A stretch of DNA of 64,000 nucleotides from Candidatus Obscuribacteraceae bacterium (GTDB taxonomy: Bacteria > Cyanobacteriota > Vampirovibrionia > Obscuribacterales > Obscuribacteraceae), in contig JBGAHS010000001.1 in the NCBI GenBank assembly GCA_044226015.1, positions 224,001-288,000 of the forward strand, given 5' to 3'. This document shows positions 1 to 8,218 of the stretch, piece by piece. Positions within the stretch are counted from its first letter, which is position 1. Each line of letters begins with the position of its first letter. The position numbers and the translations under genes were made by a program. The notes below the pieces were generated by a model, which saw only the letters and a list, made by a program, of their open reading frames with translations, was not told the origin of the DNA and did no database searches.

Positions 1-266
1 ATTGTATCTCCGCCAGTAGGTACGCCTGGTGCGCCAGTGCTGGCTACCGTAGCGCTAGTGTCTGTAGCTGCCGGCAGCGACCCAGTGCTCTGTCCAGGTA
101 ACGAAGTCTGTGCTGACGGGTCAACTCCCGTTTGTTGAGGAACGGCGTTAGGATCCTGCCCGGGTAACGAGCTGGAAGGCGCTTGCCCTGCATTCGGATC
201 TGCAGGTTGAGTTTGTTGCGGTACCGCAGAGTTTGGGTCCTGGGGGTTGGCTTGATTTGGATCCAT
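1..266 (-). CDS. 5' part of a CDS running off the window edge; Pro/Gln-rich N-terminus, by position probably TadB-like
   Basis: Own translation from ATG at 266: MDPNQANPQDPNSAVPQQTQPADPNAGQAPSSSLPGQ..., open to base 1. Lies directly downstream of cpaF; identity rests on gene order only. Confidence 0.55.
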   Translation of the reverse strand, partial: MDPNQANPQDPNSAVPQQTQPADPNAGQAPSSSLPGQDPNAVPQQTGVDPSAQTSLPGQSTGSLPAATDTSATVASTGAPGVPTGGDT

Positions 267-310
267 ATAATTTATTGTTCAAATTGGTACTTAACGCCGT
301 ACAAGGTCAA

Positions 311-1945
311 TTAGCGCAACCATTCAAGTTTGAATGGAATAGCTTCTTGCTCTATCTGATCCATGAATTTTGGTGGCAATCCAGAGCCGACGTGGCGGCA
401 CTTGAAGAAGCCTCTAGCATCACGACCTTCACGTTCTAAATGGAAGAGCGTGCTGATAGCTATAATTTCACCTTCCATTCCGGTGATTTCCGCAACCTCG
501 GTGACTCTTCTAGTACCATCTTCCAGACGCTTAATCTGAATGATAACCTGGATAGCAGATGCGATAAGTTCACGCGCTGCTTTTGCAGGCATGTCCATAC
601 CGCCCATGAGAATCATGTTTTCCAGACGCTTCGTACAGTCACGTGGGGTGTTAGCGTGGATTGTGGTCATTGAACCTGAGTGACCGGTGTTCATTGCCTG
701 TAACATGTCGAATGCTTCTTCACCACGGCACTCCCCAAGGATGATGCGGTCGGGGCGCATACGAAGTGTGTTGATGACGATCATGCGCTGTGTGATTTGC
801 CCCTTACCTTCAATGTTTGCTGGTCGGGTTTCCATTCGCACCCAGTGCTCATGTTGCAATCTCAATTCCGCCGCGTCCTCTATCGTGATGATGCGTTCGC
901 GTGGGTTGATGTGCGCAGACAATGCGTTGAGTAGAGTTGTTTTACCGGAACCTGTACCACCGGAGATGATGGTGTTGATTCTGGCTTTAATACAAGCTTT
1001 GAGCACTTCAGCCATTTGCAATGACATAGCGCCTTTTTCGACGAGCTGACCGAGTGACATGATGGTCGTGCCGAAACATCGGATAGTGACCGTTGGTCCG
1101 TCGATTGATACCGGAGGAATTGTCGCGTTAACACGGGAGCCGTTTGGAAGACGTGCGTCAACCATTGGAGAGTTATCGTCAAGTCGTCTTCCCAGAGGTT
1201 GAATAATCTTGTCGATTGTCTGTCTCAGGTGTCTATCGTTTTCGAATTGCACAGTTGTTTTTTCAAGACGACCGTGACGTTCAACGTAAATCAAGTCAAA
1301 TCTGTTGACGCAAATATCGCCGACGCTCGGGTCTCTCAGTAGTGGACCCAGAGGACCAAATCCAAAAATTTCGTCGAGAACGTTTTGAAGCAAAATACCC
1401 TTTTCCATCATGGTCAATGGAGCGGGGTCGCTGTTTACCATTTCTCTGATACGAGCACGAACTTGGGCTTGCGTATCTTCACTGATTTGCGTGAGTCTGG
1501 ATGTATCCAGTTCTCTTCTCAATTGTTCAATGATGACCTTTTCACGCTCACGAATCAAAGCGAGGTTAGCCTGGAATTTTGCCTGATCTGCATTGGGATC
1601 ATGCATAGCCTGAGCGCTACTCGTGTCTTCCTCTCTACGATCGAGACGCTCAAGATCGTTCTTCGAGTAGTGTGGCTGTTCGGGTGCGACTTGTGATTGG
1701 GTCTGTTGACCCTGCATACCGGTCTGTCCGCCGCGACCTTGCATGCCACCACCAGCCTGCTGACCTTGCATGCCGGCGCCCGCTTGCTGCCCGGCTAGTC
1801 CACCACCGGCTTGTTGTCCCTGAAGGCCTGTTCCGCCCTGCTGGTGAACGATGCCACCTTCCTGTCTCTGCCGAACTAGCTGTCCCATGAGGGATGAAGC
1901 TTGTCTACTGGGCAAATTTGGATTCTTGTTCTCGTCTTCAGACAT
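311..1945 (-). CDS. cpaF: Tad/Flp pilus assembly ATPase CpaF/TadA
   Basis: Walker A GGTGSGKTT, TIEDAAEL, LRMRPDRIILGECRG, AMNTGHSGSMTTIHAN and SPMVDARLPNGSRVNA motifs; tad context. Confidence 0.95.
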   Translation of the reverse strand: MSEDENKNPNLPSRQASSLMGQLVRQRQEGGIVHQQGGTGLQGQQAGGGLAGQQAGAGMQGQQAGGGMQGRGGQTGMQGQQTQSQVAPEQPHYSKNDLERLDRREEDTSSAQAMHDPNADQAKFQANLALIREREKVIIEQLRRELDTSRLTQISEDTQAQVRARIREMVNSDPAPLTMMEKGILLQNVLDEIFGFGPLGPLLRDPSVGDICVNRFDLIYVERHGRLEKTTVQFENDRHLRQTIDKIIQPLGRRLDDNSPMVDARLPNGSRVNATIPPVSIDGPTVTIRCFGTTIMSLGQLVEKGAMSLQMAEVLKACIKARINTIISGGTGSGKTTLLNALSAHINPRERIITIEDAAELRLQHEHWVRMETRPANIEGKGQITQRMIVINTLRMRPDRIILGECRGEEAFDMLQAMNTGHSGSMTTIHANTPRDCTKRLENMILMGGMDMPAKAARELIASAIQVIIQIKRLEDGTRRVTEVAEITGMEGEIIAISTLFHLEREGRDARGFFKCRHVGSGLPPKFMDQIEQEAIPFKLEWLR

Positions 1946-1962
1946 GCTTATTCACCTCGGGG

Positions 1963-3162
1963 TTATTTCTTCTTGCCGAAGATTGCTGGGAATTTGAATC
2001 CACCACCACCACCTGCTGCCTTCTCTTCTCCGGCTTTCTGAGTAATGAGCAGTTGCTCGCCACCGGTGATCTTGCGTGCAAGCGATTCCATCGACTTGCC
2101 GAGACCCGTGTGTGGTGGCGCGATTTGTCCCTGGTTGATGACCCATTTGGCGGTCTTAGGATCATTTGCAATTTCGTGATACACAGGGTAGTTGAGGTTG
2201 GCGCGGCATTCGCTGAGAACGTCTTGCGGCAGCCATTCGGATTTGTTGATGACCAGGAGAAGTTTTTCCTGGTTGTAGTGAGCTTTGAAGGTGTCGAGAC
2301 ATTTTCTCGTGTTCAAAATTGAAGCCCAGTTATACTCAGTCAAAACGCAGACATGATCTGCTAAGTCGAGAGTGGCGATTGCGCGCTCATCGAGTAGGTT
2401 CTTCGGAAGGTCTACGACTGAATAACGGAATTCTTGTTTTGCTGTGTACAGAATTTCTTGAACTTGAGCTGCGTAGATATCACCGATATCTTCGAGTTCT
2501 GGTGGTGCAGCCAATACGCTCAATTTATCGTCGTACTTGGTCATGAGGTTGCGCAAGTAAGTTGAGTCGAAATTGGTGTGCGAGAAGTCGATTGTTGATA
2601 GAGAGAATGAAGGCTCAAGGTTGAGATAGTGTGCCACCATTCCAAATTGCAAGTCGAGGTCGATGATCGCTGACTCGCCGTACTTGCCCAGGTACCCTGC
2701 CAGATTGGTAACCACTGTCGTGGCACCGATGCCGCCTGTCGGGCTGAACACAGCGATAACTTTGCCGGACGCTGTCGACGAAGACTCTGACTGATGTTTC
2801 AACAGGATGCTTTGAACGGCTGCAGGTAGGTCTGTTCTCCAACGTTCCGCATCGAGGAAGTCAGAAGCCCCGAGTCGATACGCGGTGCGAATCAACTCGG
2901 GGTCCGGAACTTCATAGCTGACGAAGAAATAGATTTCTGGGTAGGCTTCTCTCAGTTCAGCTAACAGAGACAAACCTCGGACCGGAGCAGGGCTCAATTC
3001 AATCCAAACCAGCTTAGGATGCAAGCTTCCAATTTGCTCCCTCGCCATGCCACCGGAAACAGTGCTCACGAGAGCCAGTGATGGCTGACTGTGAACCAGG
3101 TCTTCAATAGTCTGGCGTTTGTCCAAACCGGCGTCGCATACCAACAGCGTAGTTAGTTTCAT
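1963..3162 (-). CDS. cpaE: CpaE/TadZ pilus localisation protein (receiver-like domain plus MinD/ParA-like ATPase domain)
   Basis: N-terminal receiver-like fold; VIAVFSPTGGIGATT, IIDLDLQFG and VVDLP motifs; lies between cpaB and cpaF. Confidence 0.88.
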   Translation of the reverse strand: MKLTTLLVCDAGLDKRQTIEDLVHSQPSLALVSTVSGGMAREQIGSLHPKLVWIELSPAPVRGLSLLAELREAYPEIYFFVSYEVPDPELIRTAYRLGASDFLDAERWRTDLPAAVQSILLKHQSESSSTASGKVIAVFSPTGGIGATTVVTNLAGYLGKYGESAIIDLDLQFGMVAHYLNLEPSFSLSTIDFSHTNFDSTYLRNLMTKYDDKLSVLAAPPELEDIGDIYAAQVQEILYTAKQEFRYSVVDLPKNLLDERAIATLDLADHVCVLTEYNWASILNTRKCLDTFKAHYNQEKLLLVINKSEWLPQDVLSECRANLNYPVYHEIANDPKTAKWVINQGQIAPPHTGLGKSMESLARKITGGEQLLITQKAGEEKAAGGGGGFKFPAIFGKKK

Positions 3163-3243
3163 GTCCCTAAAACTCTCCCAATCAATCTAATATCACTAGT
3201 GTACTTCTACCCACTAGTCAAGTATTCCACACAGTATATGCCC

Positions 3244-4188
3244 TTAGCCTTGGGGTACTGAGAGGACCTCTTTTTTGCTGCCTGACCACAACTCGATTTC
3301 ATGCATCGGTGGTGGGGGCGGCGGAGCGTTCGGCGCTACTGCATCGGCTCCAGCGGATGGGGCTCCTGGCAGTGGCGGTGGTGGCAGGCTAGGAGGAGGC
3401 AAGCTGCTTGCGACCTCTCCACCGGTTTCCTCAGCTTTTGGCGGTTTCGGGAACAAAGCTGTAATGTCCACGGTCGCCAATGGGCTGTGATCTTTATCGT
3501 TTCTAAGTGTGAGATAAGGCTTGCCGGCTGAAACAGCCTTCACGAGCTTCTCTGCATCATCGGGATTAACCAGCACTGTGATAGAGCTGGCTTGTGTGGC
3601 TTGGGTTTCGCCTGGCGCCTTACGATAAGTGGTACCAACTGCGATAACTTCCACGTCCGCAAGTACTGGAGCAGCTTTGGTTTCTGCAGCAGAACCTGTG
3701 ATGCATAGAATATCTACGTGCGCTCCTGGGGAGATGAATCCAGCAACACCAGCGTTGGAGTCGATACCGAATGTGACGGCGCGCATTCCTTCTTTGATTT
3801 TGCCTTCAAATCCTTGTTGAGCGATTCTGGCTTTAACTGCGTTGCTTAGAACGATGGTTCCTTGCTGAATTGGATAGGCGGCCAACCCACCAACACCAGC
3901 ACTTGTGGAAGTCATAGCTCCGGTAGGAATCTTACTAATCAATTCTTCCCTTTGTTCCAACGCGTCGGCGGTAATTTCCGTGCCTTCAGGAATATCCTTG
4001 GCTGCGTAAACTACTTGGCCCTTTTGATTGGCTTCTGCATTGTGTGCAGCAGTCAATGCATTGATCTCTTCTGTCTTTTTCTGAGACTGTTGCATGTAAA
4101 GCATGGTCGCGGTCACGGCCAAGCCCACAATGATCAACAACATCAAGAATGGAGGCATTCTTGACAGACTCAGGAATAGGTTTCTCAT
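3244..4188 (-). CDS. cpaB: Flp pilus assembly protein CpaB/RcpC
   Basis: N-terminal TM helix, SAF-like VVYAAKDIPEG, GMRAVT...GVAGFISPGAHVDIL, Pro-rich C-terminus. Confidence 0.92.
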   Translation of the reverse strand: MRNLFLSLSRMPPFLMLLIIVGLAVTATMLYMQQSQKKTEEINALTAAHNAEANQKGQVVYAAKDIPEGTEITADALEQREELISKIPTGAMTSTSAGVGGLAAYPIQQGTIVLSNAVKARIAQQGFEGKIKEGMRAVTFGIDSNAGVAGFISPGAHVDILCITGSAAETKAAPVLADVEVIAVGTTYRKAPGETQATQASSITVLVNPDDAEKLVKAVSAGKPYLTLRNDKDHSPLATVDITALFPKPPKAEETGGEVASSLPPPSLPPPPLPGAPSAGADAVAPNAPPPPPPMHEIELWSGSKKEVLSVPQG

Positions 4189-4797
4189 TTCTATCCCCCT
4201 TGTGTAGTAACGGCGAAAAAGATTAACCAGATACTATTAACGCATATTCCACCGGCGCGGACAATGATTCTTTCGATATCCTTGGAATCCTATCGTCATC
4301 TTGGAAAGATGCGGTAGCTAATGCGTTTAGGCGAGATGTCAGCGAGTCAATTGGAAATTCGAATTCAAATCCTCCCATCACATTCAATTTATAAGACGCA
4401 CGAGCACCTCATTGACGCACTTGTCATGCCCTTTCCATCAGGGTTTCAGCGAATGAGTTCGTATGAGATGCTCGAGCGTTTGGTTTTTTATTGCCTTGAG
4501 TTTTTATCTTTGGATCAACCTTTAGCAAGCAGTAGCTTGCAATTTTTGCTACTGAGAACCGAAAAAAAATACGCAAAAAAAGTGGATTAGATTGCTCTAA
4601 CATTTCAAAATTTTGCATTATAAGACTCAATCTCTTAGCTGCTTGACGGGGTGGCGCACGGTTGGCGGATTACAAGGTCCGTCAACTGCCGGAGTTGTTT
4701 TTTGCGTGATAGCAATCATCGGTATGAAATAAATCGCGTTTCTGCAATTTGAAAGTTGCCACATTATTCTGCGAACTGCGTTTTTTATCAGCTTCAG

Positions 4798-4822
4798 GCA
4801 ATGCCATTGAGAATGGCATTGC
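4798..4822. promoter_or_regulatory. Perfect 11-bp inverted repeat, operator-like
   Basis: GCAATGCCATT-gag-AATGGCATTGC in the non-coding region upstream of cpaB. Confidence 0.35.
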
Positions 4823-4971
4823 GACACAGTTTCAAGGTTCTGATCTTAGCGAACGGAAATTTGCTTCTTTCACGTGGAACCAATGTGGTATCACATTTTG
4901 TATTGTGTTTAACCAAATTTGGTCTCTATGACCGCTGATTTTTTTTCAATAGTGCCGGTCCAGTTTTATTT

Positions 4972-5086
4972 GACTGGCGCTCCACAGGTGGTGGCAAGCT
5001 TATCCCTCCTGCGAAGTACGAAAGCCGTTCCTTCGCTCGGGAAACCGCCTGCGGGAACCCGACTGAGAGACCACCTGTGAGCCGTC
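4972..5086. ncRNA. Putative structured RNA or hairpin element (multibranch fold)
   Basis: Closing stem CACAGGTGGT (4983-4992) / ACCACCTGTG (5070-5079) encloses two hairpins: GCGAAG/CTTCGC (5011-5036) and TCGGG/CCCGA (5037-5062). No known family recognised. Confidence 0.4.
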
Positions 5087-5109
5087 TTCCATCCGGTACT
5101 CTTAGTTCC

Positions 5110-5325
5110 CAGGTTTATCTGCGCTGCTTTTGAAAACTGGACCGGTACCGTTTGAGTTCTCAGGTTTATCTGCGCTGCTTTTGAAAACTGGACCGGTACC
5201 GTTTGAGTTCTCAGGTTTATCTGCGCTGCTTTTGAAAACTGGACCGGTACCGTTCGAGTTCTCAGGTTTATCTGCGCTGCTTTTGAAAACTGGACCGGTA
5301 CCGTTCGAGTTCTCGGATTTATCTG
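5110..5325. repeat. 51-bp tandem repeat, 4 near-identical copies plus a partial fifth
   Basis: Unit CAGGTTTATCTGCGCTGCTTTTGAAAACTGGACCGGTACCGTT(T/C)GAGTTCT starting at 5110, 5161, 5212 and 5263. Confidence 0.95.
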
Positions 5326-5483
5326 TCGGCATCAATTACCACGGTGCAACCTGAGTACTCAAACGGTGCATCTAATGCATGCCTAAGGGGGGGCGTTGGA
5401 GTGCGCACAACGGGTCACCGAAGACTTACACGCTGAATCCAGAACACCACGCCGAACACCTTTAGTGAATCCCGGAAAAAGGC

Positions 5484-5519
5484 AAAAAAATGGGGCGAAC
5501 TGATGACCAGTTCACCCCA
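5484..5519 (-). terminator. Rho-independent terminator after flp
   Basis: Minus strand TGGGGTGAACTG-gtcat-CAGTTCGCCCCA followed by T7. Confidence 0.8.
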
Positions 5520-5543
5520 CGAAGTCTTAACCGTACCGGAGTC

Positions 5544-5759
5544 TTATGTGGTTGTAGCGTTGGTTACGCTATTCAAACGGTTCAACTGGTTTACGATCGT
5601 TGAGAACGATTGCGAAATAGCTGATGTCAGTGTTCCCGAAGCGAAGCTGAATACTACAGCTACGAGAAGTGCTACGAACGCCAGGATCGCGCCGTATTCT
5701 GTAATACCTTGTCCTGACTCATCAGACATGAAGTTCTTGAGCGAAGTAGTGAAGTTCAT
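5544..5759 (-). CDS. flp: Flp family type IVb pilin
   Basis: DESGQG|ITEYGAILAFVALLV prepilin cleavage and Flp motif (G-x4-EY then hydrophobic helix); GGAGG RBS; 71 aa. Confidence 0.93.
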   Translation of the reverse strand: MNFTTSLKNFMSDESGQGITEYGAILAFVALLVAVVFSFASGTLTSAISQSFSTIVNQLNRLNSVTNATTT

Positions 5760-6111
5760 TTATTTACCTCCAAGGGGTTCTGAGACTTCGTAGTAGTAGT
5801 GCACACCAGCAAGCGCTGCTTCGACAATTAATGTCGTAAACGAAATGCGCTTACTTAAAGGTACACGAAACTCTTCGTTTCAGAGCCACTTATTTTGAAA
5901 TTGTGTAGTAAAGGAGATCAGAAAAAACTTAAGGCAACGATAGATGAATTAACTAATAGTTTGTTTGAATTAGGGGTTTCCCTCCCGGTTTTACCTTGTC
6001 AAGAATGGTATACCTTTCTAAACAGAGTTCTAAACGTGTTTTTGCGTTTAAAACAATTAATGGTAAAGCCGCTAAATTAATCGGTTTTGATCACAGAGAA
6101 GTTAGTTTTTA

Positions 6112-7077
6112 GTGTCTAAAACAGACTCAGTTTCGGATGATAAAAAGGGCGCATCGGCTCTTGAAAAAGGGCTGCAATTTCTTTTGGCGCAAGAAAAAGA
6201 CGGACTGTGGCCCTATGAGTTTGGAAAAGATAGTGCGCTAGAACCCTCATGCTGGGCTGTTATCGCCTTACATGATAAAGCCGCATCGGTCGAAAGTTAC
6301 GTTAAAAGACTTGCCACGCTGCAAAATGCAGATGGTGGATGGTCGAATGAACTCGCCCGTCTGGAGAGCGATTGGTCAACCGCTGCATCACTATTCGCTT
6401 TACGATATTTGGAATCAAAAAGTCTGTTGGAAAACAAATCGGACGCCACACAAAAGAGCAAATTGAGTTCTGTTATTTCAAAAGCCGAGGATTGGATTTT
6501 AGATAACAGGACAGAGTACTACTCATCGGCTGCTAAATTTGCACTGCTGTTGTGGAAAGGCCCTGAGCATGACTATGAAAGGGGTTGGCCCTGGACACAA
6601 AACACGTTCGATTGGGTTGAACCTACATCTTATGTGTTGATGGCGTTCAAGAATTCTCAACGCATGAAGGTGCCTAGTACTTCAAAAGCAATGCATCTCG
6701 GCGAACAGTACTTGCTCAGTCTGGTTTGTCGAGATGGTGGTTGGAACTTTGGCGATAGAAATCCTTACGGCGCACAAAATCCCCCCGACGTTCAATCAAC
6801 TGCACTGGCTCTCTTGGCGCTGAAAAATCGTCAGAATGAGACTGGTGTGAAGCGAAGCCTTGAATGGCTTAGGAAAAAAATGGAAGACCCCCAAAGTCAG
6901 ACGCAAAGGGCATGGGGCGCGATGGTCTTATGTTCATACGGGCAGCCATGCGATGATCTAATGAAGGAATTGGAATCCGAACAAAATAGCGACGGTTCCT
7001 TCTCCAAAAATATGTTGACTAATGCAGTTGCTTGTATTGCGCTTAAACTCAGATCCGATCCCACTTTGTTTGCCTAA
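6112..7077 (+). CDS. Prenyltransferase/squalene-hopene cyclase repeat (alpha/alpha barrel) protein
   Basis: Repeated QW-like motifs QEKDGLW, QNADGGW, CRDGGWNFG, QNSDGSF. Confidence 0.8.
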   Translation: MSKTDSVSDDKKGASALEKGLQFLLAQEKDGLWPYEFGKDSALEPSCWAVIALHDKAASVESYVKRLATLQNADGGWSNELARLESDWSTAASLFALRYLESKSLLENKSDATQKSKLSSVISKAEDWILDNRTEYYSSAAKFALLLWKGPEHDYERGWPWTQNTFDWVEPTSYVLMAFKNSQRMKVPSTSKAMHLGEQYLLSLVCRDGGWNFGDRNPYGAQNPPDVQSTALALLALKNRQNETGVKRSLEWLRKKMEDPQSQTQRAWGAMVLCSYGQPCDDLMKELESEQNSDGSFSKNMLTNAVACIALKLRSDPTLFA

Positions 7078-7104
7078 CATATAAATAGAACGAGCCGAAA
7101 GACT

Positions 7105-8211
7105 ATGAGCATTTCTAATTCCGAAGACAGAAAAGATGGTGAGAATTCCGGTTCTACAGAGAGTTCGCGCAGAAGCTTTCTCCAGGCCGGAGCCGCAATT
7201 ATTGCTGGTGCTTCGGTGGCTGCCTGCGATGAGGACATTCCAAAAGGAAAAATTCCAGAACCAACCGAACAACAAAAGGCACTTAAAAGAAAGGAACGCT
7301 CTCGGGTCTATGTGAAGCATGTTCCAAGCTATGAAGAGCTTGATGAAATAATGATGGCGGCAATAAAAGAAGCGAATCCGCCTGTCAAAGATAAGTCGGT
7401 CTTTCTGAAGTTGAATCTCGTTGATTACCGAAAAGGAATTCCATGCTGCACGAATGCGGCGCACGTCGATGCCTTGTTACATGCATTAATTGCTGCTGGA
7501 GCCAGGGAAATTAAAGTTGGCGACGGGCCTGCATTGAGTCGAGATACAGAAAAAATTGCAGCGTTGAATGGAATAACAGATGTTTGCAAAAAGTACGATG
7601 TTCAATTTGTTGACCTGAACATTGACGACCTTGAGAAAATTGAGAATCCGCTTCAATACACAAAAATTCCTGAGTTTGTTTTGCCACGCACTATCGTCAA
7701 GTCAGAGTTTCTTGTGTCAGTGCCAAAGCTCAAGACCCATCATTGGGCGCTGATGACTTGCTCAATGAAGAATATGTTCGGTGTGGTGCCTGGGCGGAAG
7801 TATGGCTGGCCGAAAAATGTTTTGCACATTCGTGGCATTCATCAATCCATCCTTGATATCGTTGCCACAGTAAAGCCTTCCTTTGCCGTGGTTGATGCTG
7901 TTGTCGCAATGGAGGGAGATGGTCCCCTAAACGGAACAGCAAAAGAACTCAACGCAATATTCATAGGCGATGATCTTGTAGCAGTTGATACTGTTGCGGG
8001 AATGTGCCTTGAACTTCCTGTGCAAAACATTGCTTACCTCAGAATTGCAGGGAAGGTCCTGGGGAACACTGATATGTCCCAGATTGATGTTATAGGTGCA
8101 ACAATAGATTCATTGAAGAAGAAGTTTTTACTGCCGCCAACCTTCGAAGAAGACGGCAGGCCGAAAGACCTGAGCAAACTGGCTAAAGGTGCTGAGTCGG
8201 GAGTGACATAA
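7105..8211 (+). CDS. DUF362 family protein with Tat/lipoprotein signal
   Basis: SRRSFLQ twin-arginine motif and VAAC lipobox; VFLKLNLV, VPKLKTHHWALMTCSMKNMFG and AMEGDGPLNG typical of DUF362. Confidence 0.85.
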   Translation: MSISNSEDRKDGENSGSTESSRRSFLQAGAAIIAGASVAACDEDIPKGKIPEPTEQQKALKRKERSRVYVKHVPSYEELDEIMMAAIKEANPPVKDKSVFLKLNLVDYRKGIPCCTNAAHVDALLHALIAAGAREIKVGDGPALSRDTEKIAALNGITDVCKKYDVQFVDLNIDDLEKIENPLQYTKIPEFVLPRTIVKSEFLVSVPKLKTHHWALMTCSMKNMFGVVPGRKYGWPKNVLHIRGIHQSILDIVATVKPSFAVVDAVVAMEGDGPLNGTAKELNAIFIGDDLVAVDTVAGMCLELPVQNIAYLRIAGKVLGNTDMSQIDVIGATIDSLKKKFLLPPTFEEDGRPKDLSKLAKGAESGVT

Positions 8212-8218
8212 GTTCCTG

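Noticed and set aside
4321..4938. Short ORFs in the cpaB upstream gap
   Set aside because: 60-89 aa, overlapping on both strands, no clear RBS or recognisable motifs; no cpaA-like peptidase.
5110..5325. CRISPR array
   Set aside because: Units are contiguous and near-identical with no unique spacers; no cas genes in the window.
5430..5520. c-di-AMP (ydaO) riboswitch or hammerhead ribozyme, suggested by GCTGAATCC, GTGAATCC and CTGATGA
   Set aside because: The other conserved elements are missing, and the hairpin is explained as the flp terminator on the minus strand.
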